DNA of 64,000 bases from Paecilomyces variotii (Eukaryota), in the NCBI GenBank assembly GCA_004022145.1, contig RCNU01000001.1; one strand, given 5' to 3'. Under the pieces are notes generated by a model. It was not told the DNA's origin, ran no database searches, and worked only from the letters and a program-made list of their open reading frames with translations. Positions 37,701 to 49,343 of the stretch are shown here, piece by piece. The position numbers and the translations under genes were made by a program. The first letter of the stretch is position 1, and every line of letters begins with the position of its first letter.

Positions 37701-39188
37701 TTTACAGATGAGCCTCTCAAGTCTGTTCGACGAAACCCGATTATTGCTCCCTTTCCTGTCGGGACTCTCCTGATAATCATACTTGCGACAATGCACATGC
37801 GATGGGCAACGGCTCTGTACACGGAAAATCCCGATTCTTCTGATGGAAACTGCTCGCCAGCGCAACCTTGTCAGAGAGTACTTGTTGGACTGCTTGTTTC
37901 AGTGTACGTGCCATGCTGATCTTACTCGATATTGCAGCCAGTGATTAAGAAGCAGTCATTTTGCGTCACAGTCATATGGCGTATTTATGTATCACAGACC
38001 AGGCTTTCCGACTGAGACGACGGTTCCATTCCAACTGGTCGTCGGAATAACGATCTTAAACTTTGATTTGTATTATGGGGGCCGACATTATTGCTTCCTA
38101 GGACAAATACAGTGCGGAATTACCGCGAGTAATTGTGGACAGAGTAGCAATAAACCATGCCAGGTATCTATAAGCGTTCAGTTACATCTTGGAGATAGCA
38201 GACAATCCGATGGTTCGCGCTTATGCATGTATGTACTCCGCCCAAACCTCTTCACATGCAGCTGGGTGCTGCTAGATTATAATTCAGAGCCCCAGTGAAA
38301 TACAACTTCATCATTGTCTTAATTCAGCTCAGGTATCTGTTCCCTATGGTCTCGTTACAGTTCAGTCTGATCACCAAGCTATTGTTGCTTGGCAGCTCCT
38401 GATTTCTCCAGAGCCAGTTTGCCTTCACCAATCTGATAGACGGTCTGCTATTTGAGTATCCGGGAACACAGCTGCTCTCATCTTCATCTGCGGTCGTATA
38501 GAGTAAGTTACAGGACCGACTCTATGGTAGCGTTCCAGCCAATAAAAGTCCATCGCTTATTCGCCTCCTCGCTAAGCGACTCTCTTAGCGAAGAAAACAG
38601 ACTATTGCCGCACAGACCACCTTCCAAATAACATAAATACCTCCTGCCCCCCGCCATCATTTTGATTTCTTTTCTTCTTTTTTTCTCCAGCTCTCTTTGC
38701 CTTTTGGCTTAGATCAAGTGTAGTATCTGTTCTTTTCAGTTTAATCTCTGAAAGTGTCCTAAGGGACACAACATTGATTAATCTCATTTTTGGACCCCGT
38801 GGCGAAGCCTCTGTGCTTGCGCATGCTTTGCCACACAGTGTCATCGGGCTTACACTACCCCCGATTGACGCGAACACACCTTTTCTTCATCAAGTTCGTG
38901 GGCTTGTCCGACGGGTTGGAGAAGGAAGAGCGTGAATATCGCGGTTGCATAAAGCTGGAGTAGTTGGCAGGGCAGGGATGTTAAGACTCTGTTTGGTGTA
39001 ATCTTGAGGCTTGTGGAGTAGGCAGCAGCGCGCCCTGGGCACTTGGAATACATGTAACTATGTCGTTTTCTTCAATACAATATTGAGTTAATATGCTGTG
39101 TTTCATTCAACTTCTACTTATCGTCAGGCTTAAGATAAACAAGATAAACACTACATGCTGTTATTATTGTCTTTCGTTTTGAATCTGA

Positions 39189-40608
39189 TCAAGACAGGTC
39201 AAGAACCACTCTTCCCTGTAGCTTTCCTTCTTGCATTTCCTTGAAGACATTGGTCAAAGACTCCATCTTTTCAGTTCGGAAATGGGCTCCAATAACTCCC
39301 CGCGACGCAAATTCCAGGGTTTCGATTGCTTCTGTCCGATTACCAACTACGGATCCTGCGATGCTATAATTTCCCATGAGCATCATACCAGGCAATGCCG
39401 ACGCAACTGGAACTGGCTCGCCCTCAGGGACTCCCACGCAGACAACCGTGCCGTTAAACCTAAGGAATAGGACCGACTGCGCGTATGCAGCATTCGACGC
39501 CGTACAGACAATGACGGCATGTGCTCCCAGGCCACCCGTCGTGAGCGACTTGACGTGCGCAGAAATGGCAGCGGCCTTGTCATCTCTCGGGAATTTGGTT
39601 ATGTCGACAAAGTGCTCAGCCCCAGAGGCTTTGACAATAGATTCCTTGCTCCCATGGTCGATTCCAATGACGCGCATGCCCATCCCTCGGCTTGCAAGCT
39701 GAACAGCAAGATGGCCCAAACCGCCACCTGCACCCGAGATCACCACCCAGTTGCCTGGCTGCGCCTTGCTGCGCTTCAAGGCAGCATAGACAGTAACACC
39801 GGCACAGAGCATAGGCGCGGCAGCGTCCGAGGGCAAGGAATCCGGGATGGGTGTGACATAGTTGGCTGGTCCAAGTACATATTGTTGGAAAGTACCTGGT
39901 GTATAGTAGCCAGAGATCTTCTGCTTAAGGCAGATACCGTCGGCACCTTCTCCGCATGGTGCTATAGTCGTTGCATGTCAGTTTTCGGCGACCACAGCAA
40001 ATCCATGCGTATAACAGTGCATGAGCGTGGGCATGAACATACGGCAGTTTCCGCAAGCGCTGGCAATCCACTTTACTCCCACTCTGTCTCCGATCTTGAG
40101 ACCAGACGCCTCTGCTCCGGGTCCCAACTTGACGACTTTTCCAACACCTTCGTGGCCGCCGACTTGGCCTGGCTGAGTTGGAAATGGAAGTATACTCCAC
40201 TATTCTTAACTATGAGTCTCTACCATCGTTTGCAATGGCTTGTACATTACGTCTGTGCGAAGGATGCACGTACCGAATTCATCATGACACCGAAGTCTGA
40301 ATGACAGACACCTGAATGTGTCCTTTGTTTGTTAGATATTGTATATTCCAAAACGCACTCCATAATAGAGCTATAACGCAAGGCTAAAGACAGTAGCTGC
40401 ATAAAGTTTACAATCTGATCTCTCCCCTTTGCAACATCATATTGGCCAGCAACTTCTCCTGCGCGAAAAGAGCAACAACTCACAGATTGATGAGAACCTC
40501 TCCATTGCCAGGCTCCGGCACATCGATCTCCACCACCTTGGTCGAAACAGTTCCCGGCTGATCGTAGATCACGGCCTTTTGAGTCTTCGGAATCGTCGGA
40601 GCAGACAT
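39189..40608 (-). CDS. alcB: Zinc-dependent alcohol dehydrogenase, orthologue of Aspergillus alcB (ADH II)
   Basis: Spliced. MSAPTIPKTQKAVIYD, THSGVCHSD, GGHEGVG, GDRVGVKW, AAPMLCAGVTVY, ISGAGGGLGHL, C-terminal EGKLQGRVVLDLS. Closely follows the A. nidulans AlcB sequence as I recall it. Confidence 0.9.
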
Positions 40609-40791
40609 GATGGGCTATTGGATCGTAATGCACTTGTTACGACGCTGTTGATAGCTTTGGTAGATGGAATAGTAACAGACTGGACTCTCAAGGCAATATA
40701 TATATGTACATACATCAGCCTCGGTTGGGGTCTTTCCGTGTTCCTCCCCGTCAACCTTCATGACTCGCATCAAAGACCCCCGATCTTTTAT

Positions 40792-41051
40792 CCGCATGGA
40801 AGCGGAAGTTACTCTATCTTGCAAATTGCCGGGGTTCTGTGCGGAAGCTGCCCTTTTGCATGTCCGCATTGTAATTGACGTCGTTGAGATCCGGGGTGAG
40901 AAGCTTCCCCGCTGCAGGAGCGAATGAATGGCGGCCTTGGCTGAAGGTCAGAATGCGGGGGTAGGGCATTATCCGGTTATGTAGATACAGCCACAACGTC
41001 GGATCCGCCATATAACAACGACAAGGCGATATGAACCGGTTTTCTCCGGGG
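40792..41051. promoter_or_regulatory. Cluster of AlcR-type WGCGG half-sites and CreA-type SYGGRG sites upstream of the ADH
   Basis: CCGCA 40792, AGCGG 40801, TGCGG 40840, CCGCA 40864, CCGCT 40909, TGCGG 40954; CCGGGG 40829/40891/41046; GCGGGG 40955. Confidence 0.45.
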
Positions 41052-41904
41052 GAGAAGTTCCCCCTTGCGTAGCCAGAGCATACCGTTCACTTGTCGTTTT
41101 AGAATTCATAGCTGTATTCCATCCAAAGATACCTATTATATAAGATCCTAATATCTGTTTTCTATTTTCTAGACCTGTTGACGATAAGGGCTACCTGCAG
41201 CTTAGCTTCTAGTCCCACGAAAATACATTGCATGACAAGTGACCAAACTTAGCCTTGACGACTCACCTCAAAAGGTCCGTATCACTACTATAGAAAGATG
41301 TCGTCAACTGGATACGTGCCTTAACTACTCACTGCTTGTCAAATATCCACACCGAATTTCTCTCTAAACCAGCATGGACGTAGGAACTGGAAGTCGCGTA
41401 AGTAGTTGTCTTAGTCTAGAATCCGGATCCGCTGGCGGTTATTAGTTAGGTACTTAGTGAGGGGTCTAAGTAAGAGCGCCGCGTCGCATCATGCGGACAA
41501 CAAGGAAGAATGCAATCCAACTTATGCTCTGCACCCTTGCCAAAACACTCTAGACAACAAGTCGCAGAAAATTGTGCAGAGATCTTCAATATATGCGCCT
41601 GTTTTCAAAAGAACTTCCTGTCTATTTACGAAGGTCTTGTATGTCTCCAGCTGCTTACGGCACTGCAAACTGGTGTCTGCCTAGTTGAAATCTGTCCTCG
41701 TGAGCGCTTATCGAACTCAGACATAGCGAAACTGGAACCTGGTAAACTTAGATGAGTGCGAAATAATGCAATTTTGAGTCGATATTTCCTCAAACGAGGA
41801 CTAACTCATAGCACTCTACGTCCAGGATAGCGCCTTGCAAACCGCACTACGGCACTAAGTCGCTCAAAGAAACGCGACTTAGCAGAGCCCTCAAAGGGTC
41901 CGAA

Positions 41905-43404
41905 ATGAGGGACTCGGATGGCCGGGTTGAGGTCGATACCGAGGTGCGTACCCCGTATTCTGTCGCGCTTTCACTGGCGTTCCATTCCATCGGGTCGCAG
42001 GAAATCAATCCATGTTATTGACTTTTATTCTCATGCAGGTAACTGCAATGTAAGCAAATCATGCAATTTTAAATCAAGGCACACCTAACGACATCCAGCG
42101 AGAGCTTTACAGCCTCTCTGACATCGTCTGTTTATGACTTTCGAAACGAGAATGGAAGGCGTTATCATGCATATCGCGATGGCCGTAAGTATAAACATCG
42201 CTAGGACCTATAACACTCGTCTTCGTCACTAAGACAAGGGAAGACTACCTGATGCCCAATGATGAAGATGAAAAAGAGAGGTTGGATATAATGCATGCAA
42301 TGATGCTGGAGATGATGGATGGCAAACTATTTCTGGCGCCCATTTCAGAAACGCCACGACACGTTCTCGACCTTGGAACAGGGACAGGGCTTTGGGCTAT
42401 CGATTTCGGTACGTAGTTCCAATATGCACTTGTCTCTTCCCTTTCTAACTTTCAAGAAATTTTCAGGTGATAAATTTCCTCAGGCAGAGGTAAGGAATTC
42501 AAACTTGCAAACCAGACTTAGTCCCTGTCAGCGAGCTGAAAGACGATTCTCAGATCATAGGCAATGACCTCAGTCCGATGCAACCCGAACAGTGAGTAAT
42601 AGTTGTGTAAATATCTGGAAGTATTCTCACTTTCTCAGCGTCCCTCCCAAGGTGACCTTCATCATTGACGATTTCGAGGATGAATGGGTATATGAAGGTC
42701 GTCAATTCGACTTTATTCACGCTCGTTATCTTGCTGGATCCGTGAGAAATTTCCCTAGACTCTTGGAACAATGCTATAAGTAGTTCTCCTATGTCAAATC
42801 CGATATGTCTGTCTACTAACCCATCTAGCAATACCGCGCCTGGAGGCTGGGTGGAGTTTCAGGACTGGAATGCCAGTATCTACTCCGAAGATGAATCATT
42901 GGAAGGCTCGTCTATCAAACTATATTACGATATCATCAACGCAGCATATGCCAAGGCCGGGTATACAATCAACCCCGGACCAAATCTGGAGCGCTGGTTC
43001 CGTGAAGCTGGATTTATCGATGTTCGCGTTCGAAAGTACCTCCTTCCTATGGGAACCTGGCCAAAGGATGAACGTCTTGTACGTGAGATACGATCCCTGG
43101 ACTCTGAATGTTGCCCGATCACTGATACTCTGGACTTCATACTATCAGAAAGTACTCGGAGCTTGGAACCTCTTGGAAGCAGACAGCGGTTTCGAAGCAG
43201 GTGCAATGGCAATCTTGACGAGAAACGAGGGCTGGGGAAGGGATGAGGTGAAAATCCTAGCACAAAAGGCCAGAAATGACATAAGGAATCATAATATCCA
43301 TTCCATGTTCGATTTGTGGGTTATTTCCAGCAAGGAACGAACTCCGTTCGATACAAGGCTAACTTGGGTACAGTTACGTCGTCTGTGGGAGAAAGCCAGA
43401 ATGA
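41905..43404 (+). CDS. SAM-dependent methyltransferase, LaeA-like family
   Basis: Multi-exon. SLTSSVYDFRNENGRRYHAYR, YLMPNDEDEKERLD, VLDLGTGTGLWAIDF, IGNDLSPMQP, FDFIHARYL, APGGWVEFQD, PMGTWPKD; ends YVVCGRKPE*. Start codon is tentative. Confidence 0.9.
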
Positions 43405-43809
43405 ATTCTCTGCATGATACCGTATCACAGACAGCTGGAATGAGCGCTAGAGAGGACAGCAACTTGCGATAGAAAATATGCTTGCAATGGGAGATTTGGA
43501 TACAGATCGCGTGTATTGCATTATATGGAGTAGTGGGGAGCACCAAATTGTTAAAGCGTTCCTTCGTATATGTATGTGTATCCTTTATGCCGTGACACTC
43601 TTCACTATGGTTCCTAGCTCTTGTAGCCCTTGAGCATAGCAAGAGTCCAATTCTAAGCTCATCGAACCCCCATGTTAAATTGATTGAAAAGAGGTCGAAT
43701 AATGAGACCATTATCATCTACCGCGTCAAAGTCTTTCACATTCAGGAAGGTTTGGAATTCTAGTTCAGACTTGTACTCCGCCTAGGTACCGCTCCTGCGG
43801 GGGTGGTCT

Positions 43810-43826
43810 CGGCTTAATCCTTCCCG
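43810..43826. promoter_or_regulatory. Candidate RhaR site CGG-N11-CCG upstream of lraB
   Basis: CGG cttaatccttc CCG, with an adjacent CreA-type GCGGGG at 43797-43802. Confidence 0.6.
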
Positions 43827-44177
43827 ATGTTCCTTGTAAACTGAGATCGGTGATATCACACGGTGAAATACCCAGCTGTTTCTATATCAAATAATTAATA
43901 TCCTGTGCCTGAATATATGTCGCTATTTTTCTTATTTCAGCTCATTTCTACAAACTACTTTACTATTCCACCCATGAAGAGTGCGGGTCAATCTACTTGT
44001 CCAGACCTTCGCACTGTTTCGATCATTCGCAAGAAGCCTGGGCTTTAAACCCGCAATTATATGATCCTCTATAAAAAGAGTAAATTCAGAGCCCACAGGC
44101 ATTGTCATATATCACTTCTTCGCCTTGTCTTTCCAATACATTAAGAAAAACTCAAAAGAAGAAAAAGAGCGATCACC

Positions 44178-45349
44178 ATGCCATCTTCAATCCCAATCAT
44201 CGACTCCCACATCCATCTCTTTCCGGAAACCCACCTGTCCACTCTTGCCTGGCACAGCGCAGACAATCCTCTCGGCTCCCAATACTCAGTAGATCAATAT
44301 CGCATTGCAACTTGTTCTACCCCAACATCAACCTCCTCCTCTTCTGAATCGGGATTCTTCCTCCGCGGCTTCATCTTTATCGAAACCGACCGCCTCTCTT
44401 CTATAGAGGAGAGCTCCAGTCCAGGATGGGGATATGCGCTTGATGAAGTCTCTTTTCTCGTGCGCGTTGTGTGTGGAGAGCCTCTTCCTGGAGAAGGGCA
44501 TTCGTACGAGGATAAACGACTATGTCTAGGGATCGTCCCGTGGGCTCCTGTTCCCGCAGGCGCGGAAACGTTGGAGCGGTATATGAAGTTGCTCGAGGAG
44601 AGGACTGGAAAGGATGTTTTTCGGAGGAAAGTAAGAGGGGTGAGGTATTTGGTGCAGGATAAGCCAAGTGGGACGATGTTGAGGGAGGGGTTCGTGGAGG
44701 GATTGAAGTGGTTAGGAAAGAAGGGGTTGGTGTTCGATTTAGGAGTCGATGCGAGATCAGGCGGGTTGTGGCAGTTGAGGGAGGCCGTGAAGATGATGAA
44801 AAGAGTTTATGCGGATGTGAACGAAGATGAAGGGGTGGTAATTGTTATAAGTCTGTTCAGTCTTCTGTGTTGACTTCGTATTAGGGTTACACCTATTCTT
44901 TGAACTGACTGATTGGAACAGACCACCTCTGCAAACCCAACCTTCGCCTGCCATACACCTCTCGCGAGTCCATAACCTCCCATCATGAATTCGTGGAATG
45001 GGAGAGTCTCATAACGACCATGTCGACACATCCTAAGACATACATGAAGTTATCTGGTGGCTTTTCTGAACTTTCTCCCCTCTCCTTCAATATAGAGCCG
45101 GATATTGATTCGCTAGTGAAGCGAATCAGTCCATGGACGGACGCGGTTTTCGAGGCATTTGGTCCCGAACGAGTTATGTTCGGATCGGATTGGCCGGTAT
45201 GTAATATTGGCGGTGGAGGGAACGAGGTTTCGTGGCAGAGATGGAAGAACGTTGTGGAAGCTGTGTTGGAGAGGAGGGGCTTGGATGAGGAACAGAAGAG
45301 GGGCGTTTGGGGGGATGTGGCTGTCAAGGCATACGGGATTGGACTCTGA
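44178..45349 (+). CDS. lraB: L-rhamnono-gamma-lactonase (amidohydrolase family)
   Basis: IIDSHIHLFP, GFIFIETDR, GVRYLVQDKP, FDLGVD, one intron before HLCKP, YMKLSGGFSE, FGPERVMFGSDWPVC. Cluster context supports the call. Confidence 0.9.
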
Positions 45350-45454
45350 GTTCAGCTCGTTGTGTGGTCAATAATTCATGTTATTCCATGTGATTGATTT
45401 TCATATACAAATAGAATTCACGAGATACTTTAATTGACCTGTGTTGAATGGGCT

Positions 45455-46547
45455 TCATTGGAGATTAACAAAAAGTCCACCGTCAACAAGAATCTGTGCA
45501 CCAGTCTATTCAACGCATTCCATATCAGCGTGACTCTCAAAAAAAAATTTGAATAAAAAGGACCATGATAAAAAAAAACTCACCACGTAACCACTCAAGG
45601 AATCACACGCTAAAAACACCGCGGGTCCCGCCAGATCCTTCGTCTGTCCCAATCTCCCCAGCGGAATCCTCCCTTCCATATACCTCCTCTTCCTCTCATC
45701 ACTCATATCCTCATCATTAAGCTGTGTCCGAATCGTCCCTGGCAGGAGAGCATTGCACCTAATCCCATATTTTCCCAAAGCGACAGCACATGACTGCATT
45801 AGACTCAGGACTCCTGCCTTTGTGGGCGTGTAGTGTGTTTGCTGGCCTCCTCCAACGAGAGCAGAGATGGAACTGATTCCGATAATTGAGCCGCCGGGTG
45901 GGTTTTGCGCCAGTGCCATTTGACGCGCTGCGGCTTGTGTGGCGAAGAATGAACCACAGAGGTTTGTCGAGATGGTATGGTGCAGGAGAGAGGGTTCGAG
46001 CCTGCGCGTGTTTTGTCAGAGTAGCAGTTCTTCCATTCCAAAGAGACAAGGGCCTAAGTATCAGAGAACACAGCGATGCGGCTAGGGATAAGTGATCTTA
46101 CTCGAGAAACTCGGCAAATCGGCATACACCAGCATTGCTCACAAAGACATCCAATCGTCCAAAAGCTTCAACTGTCTTCGCGATGAACTGTCGCCCGGTT
46201 TCTGGTTGTGATATATCTCCTGAGACTGTGATGAAGTTTTTCGTTTCTGCTCCTGTGATCTCAGTTGCTTCTGTATTCATTGCTTCGAGGAGAGAGGCCT
46301 CTGTAGGACTGCCCAGGTGGTTGATGGCGACGCGGGCTCCATGCCGTAGATATTCGAGGGCTATGGCCTGATTATTGATTAGATGGAATGATTTCTTCCA
46401 AGGTAGCTGACTTGGAAAAGGAGGTTTAAACAAGGTAGTTCCTCTGGTCAATGAGAACAATGCGAGAAATGAAAATACCTTTCCGATACCAGTCAAACCA
46501 CCCGTGATAGCGGCGACTTTGCCCACGAGGAGCTGTGGCGTGGCCAT
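45455..46547 (-). CDS. lraA: L-rhamnose 1-dehydrogenase (SDR family)
   Basis: Four exons. GKVAAITGGLTGIG, LDVFVSNAGVCRFAEFL, ISSISALVGGGQQTHYTPTKAG (YxxxK), TGAQILVDGGLFVNLQ*. Confidence 0.93.
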
Positions 46548-47336
46548 TGAGTCTTCGGAATGATCACTCCGTTCAGTTAATCTCTGTCGAGCTATTTCAG
46601 AATTGATAACCAAGGAGTGGACAATGCAACAGGGTAAGAGAGAGGACGCTTGATTTATTGAATCTCGGCAAGGTTGAGTATGTTTACTGATAATTCTATT
46701 TGGAGGCTTCAAAACATCTTATCCAGCACGCTCCGACTGTTCTAATGAAATCTAGCTAGGCGACAATTCCTCACCCTGGATTCCACATGGTGACAACCAT
46801 CTTGCACTCACTCTGGTTGATGCATAATTGCTTCTACCCCGCCATCGACTCCTGATGGTACTCGGTGTCTCGCTACAATGATCCGCCGAACGCTCCCCCG
46901 CATCGGTGATTGTCCGACTCCACAGAAAAGTAAACAGCCCAACTCTTTTATGCGAAAGAACACGATACGGTGTCCTCAGAAATAGTATTTATCGAAGGTA
47001 TGATGGATAATACAATGGCAATCAGAGAGAATCCGGAATGCCGTCTTCTGTTCAATGATAACATTTCATGAGTGAATAGTAGCTGAAATAGGTCATGTAT
47101 AGGTACCTAGTTATCACAGCGGATAAAATGCAAAAGCTTTGTCTCTACAAGTTGAGAGCCGGCCGTAATCCTAGTCGCTCAGCAGCTCCATTCCTTCTAT
47201 AGTTCTACACGCTCCTCTCAACAACACCCTTTCAGCGTCATCCACTGAAACCTTCGGCGCAGGATTTCACACATGACACGAGTCTAACAATCGACAGTCG
47301 CAGCACAGTGGCCTCTCGGGAGTCGCATTTAGTCAT

Positions 47337-48717
47337 CTAGTTGGGTGTGCCGTTTACTTGGTCCGCATTCTCAGCGGACAGAGTGAGGCTTTTCTGAGGG
47401 GCAGGGTTCAGAATGGAAGCCGCAGGCAGAAGTCGAGCAGCAGGGTTAAGCTCCAGGCCGAAACCCGGCTTGTCTAGATCTGACACATCAAGATAACCAC
47501 GCGTGGGAATAGGTTCGTTGAGAAAAAGATCTCCGAACACGGCCTTCACACTCTTTCCATCAGGGGAGTTGGCAAGATACTCCTGAAACGGAGAGTTGGG
47601 CTGAGAGACGACGAAGTGGTATGAGTAGGGCCCTGAAGCATGGGGAACGACGGGGATATCATAGGCAGCAGCCATTGCGGAGATCTTGAGCAACTCTGTC
47701 ATACCGCCTACCCACATAACGTCTGGCTGTAGAATATCCAGGTTACGGCCTTCAATGAGTTTCCGGAATCCGTATCTAGAGTACTCATGCTCTCCGGTGG
47801 TAAATTTCACCGTGGGATGAGCCTGTTTCAGAAGGGCGTGGCCGTCAAAGTCATCTGGGGTCAGGCACTCCTCCCACCAGTCGATGTTGATTCCTTCTTG
47901 TTCGCATCTCTTGACCAGCTGAATTGTATAGGGCACGTTCAGAGACATGTAGCAGTCGACACGCAGGGGGAAGTCAGGCCCAACGCTCTCTCTGTGTTTG
48001 CGGAGATATTCCACATTGCGCAGAAGGCCATCAATTCCCTCGTCTGGTCCGTATGGAAGAGCCACCTTTGCTGCAGTAAAGCCCATACTCTTTGCATAGG
48101 CAGGCTCAGGGCCTGTGCAGTAAAAGTGCAGTCGCTCACGCGTAGCGCCACCGATCAGCTTGTAGACAGGTTCATTGCGGATCTTGCCCAGCAGATCCCA
48201 GAGAGCCAGGTCGATAACAGAGATAACGGCGACGGGAAGGCCTTTGCGTCCATAGAACATAGATGCACGGTACATCTTCTCGAATAGGTTGTTTGTGTCG
48301 CGGGGGTCTAGATCACGAATCAGTCAGCCCTTCCATCAGACAGGATCCCGGCATGTCTACCTGCTCCGACGAGGAAACGCTCAAAATGCTTGTGGACCAG
48401 CCAGCAAGCTGGAGGACCTCCGAACCCGGTTGCAAAGCCCTTGGTGCCGTCGGTGGCCTCAATCTGGACACAGAAAGAGCCCAGGACGTTGATTCCCCAG
48501 CTGGTCCTCGAAGCTCGATATTGTTCCCATCGTGCCATTGGAGTTGAGATGGAACTGTCTACCAGCCAATGACCACCGGCCACCTACAACATGTTTAGTA
48601 GTCTTTTCATCCAACTTGTTGGGATGTTCTTACATTGTGGTAGTCACCCCCAGAGCCGACGCCATCGATGAGGAAGGTTGTGACTTCTTTAATGCGGGGA
48701 AACTTAGCAGGAGACAT
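47337..48717 (-). CDS. lraC: L-rhamnonate dehydratase (enolase superfamily)
   Basis: Spliced. GVGSGGDYHNV/GGHWL, RTSWGINVLG, GFGGPPACW, VDCYMSL, WWEECL, TTGEHEY, LQPDVMWVGG, VVPHASGPYSYH, LDKPGFGLELNP. Confidence 0.95.
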
Positions 48718-48904
48718 GTTGGAGGTTCAGGATGTAGTCCCCAGGATAACTACTCAAAACGGGTTATTGGGTGGTGTACAATGAAGGGAAGATGCTATAT
48801 CAATGGAAGGGGTCTCGCACTTATTTCAATGTCCGGAGAAATGGAGACAAATGCCCTGCATCTGCTCCATCGGACAGATGTGCTCGTTCACCATGATTGG
48901 AACT

Positions 48905-48921
48905 CGGTGCATCGCTCCCCC
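48905..48921. promoter_or_regulatory. Candidate RhaR site CGG-N11-CCG near lraC
   Basis: CGG tgcatcgctcc CCG, about 190 bp upstream of the lraC ATG. Confidence 0.6.
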
Positions 48922-49199
48922 GAGGTAGGTATCGCGGATGACGATGGCGGGGCAAAGACAGTCACGATGGCGAAGATCAACGGCAGAAACACTTTCAGGG
49001 ACCGATCTGCCAATATCGACAACTCTGCAGGATCCAGATGGACCAAAAGTCTGGGGATTCGCATACTCGCGGGTGTCGTCAGGGGGCGCGCCAAGGGAGC
49101 TTTTGCGGGGTTGAAGAACGACGCCGGATCGTTCGATCTGCCCTCACACTCAGCAACTCCCGTCCTGTCTATCAACGTCTGCTTTTCTTGAAGTCCGAT

Positions 49200-49216
49200 C
49201 GGGAGATCATTTACCG
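49200..49216. promoter_or_regulatory. Candidate RhaR site CGG-N11-CCG near rhaR
   Basis: CGG gagatcattta CCG, about 130 bp upstream of the rhaR ATG. Confidence 0.55.
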
Positions 49217-49343
49217 GCGCCTTTATCCTGGAATCATTCTGGGGCTGGTTTTGCGGTAGGTCTGCGCCGCGTGAAGGCGCATACTTTCAGTTTGACAGCC
49301 CCGCGGCCGGAGCTTCGGTATCCTCTGCTCTCGCTGTATCACA

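Noticed and set aside
38569..38591. Hairpin TCGCTAAG...CTTAGCGA
   Set aside because: A single short inverted repeat with no associated element or target-site duplication; compatible with chance.
46556..46571. CGG...CCG just upstream of the lraA ATG
   Set aside because: Spacing is 10 rather than 11 and it lies within the 5' UTR.
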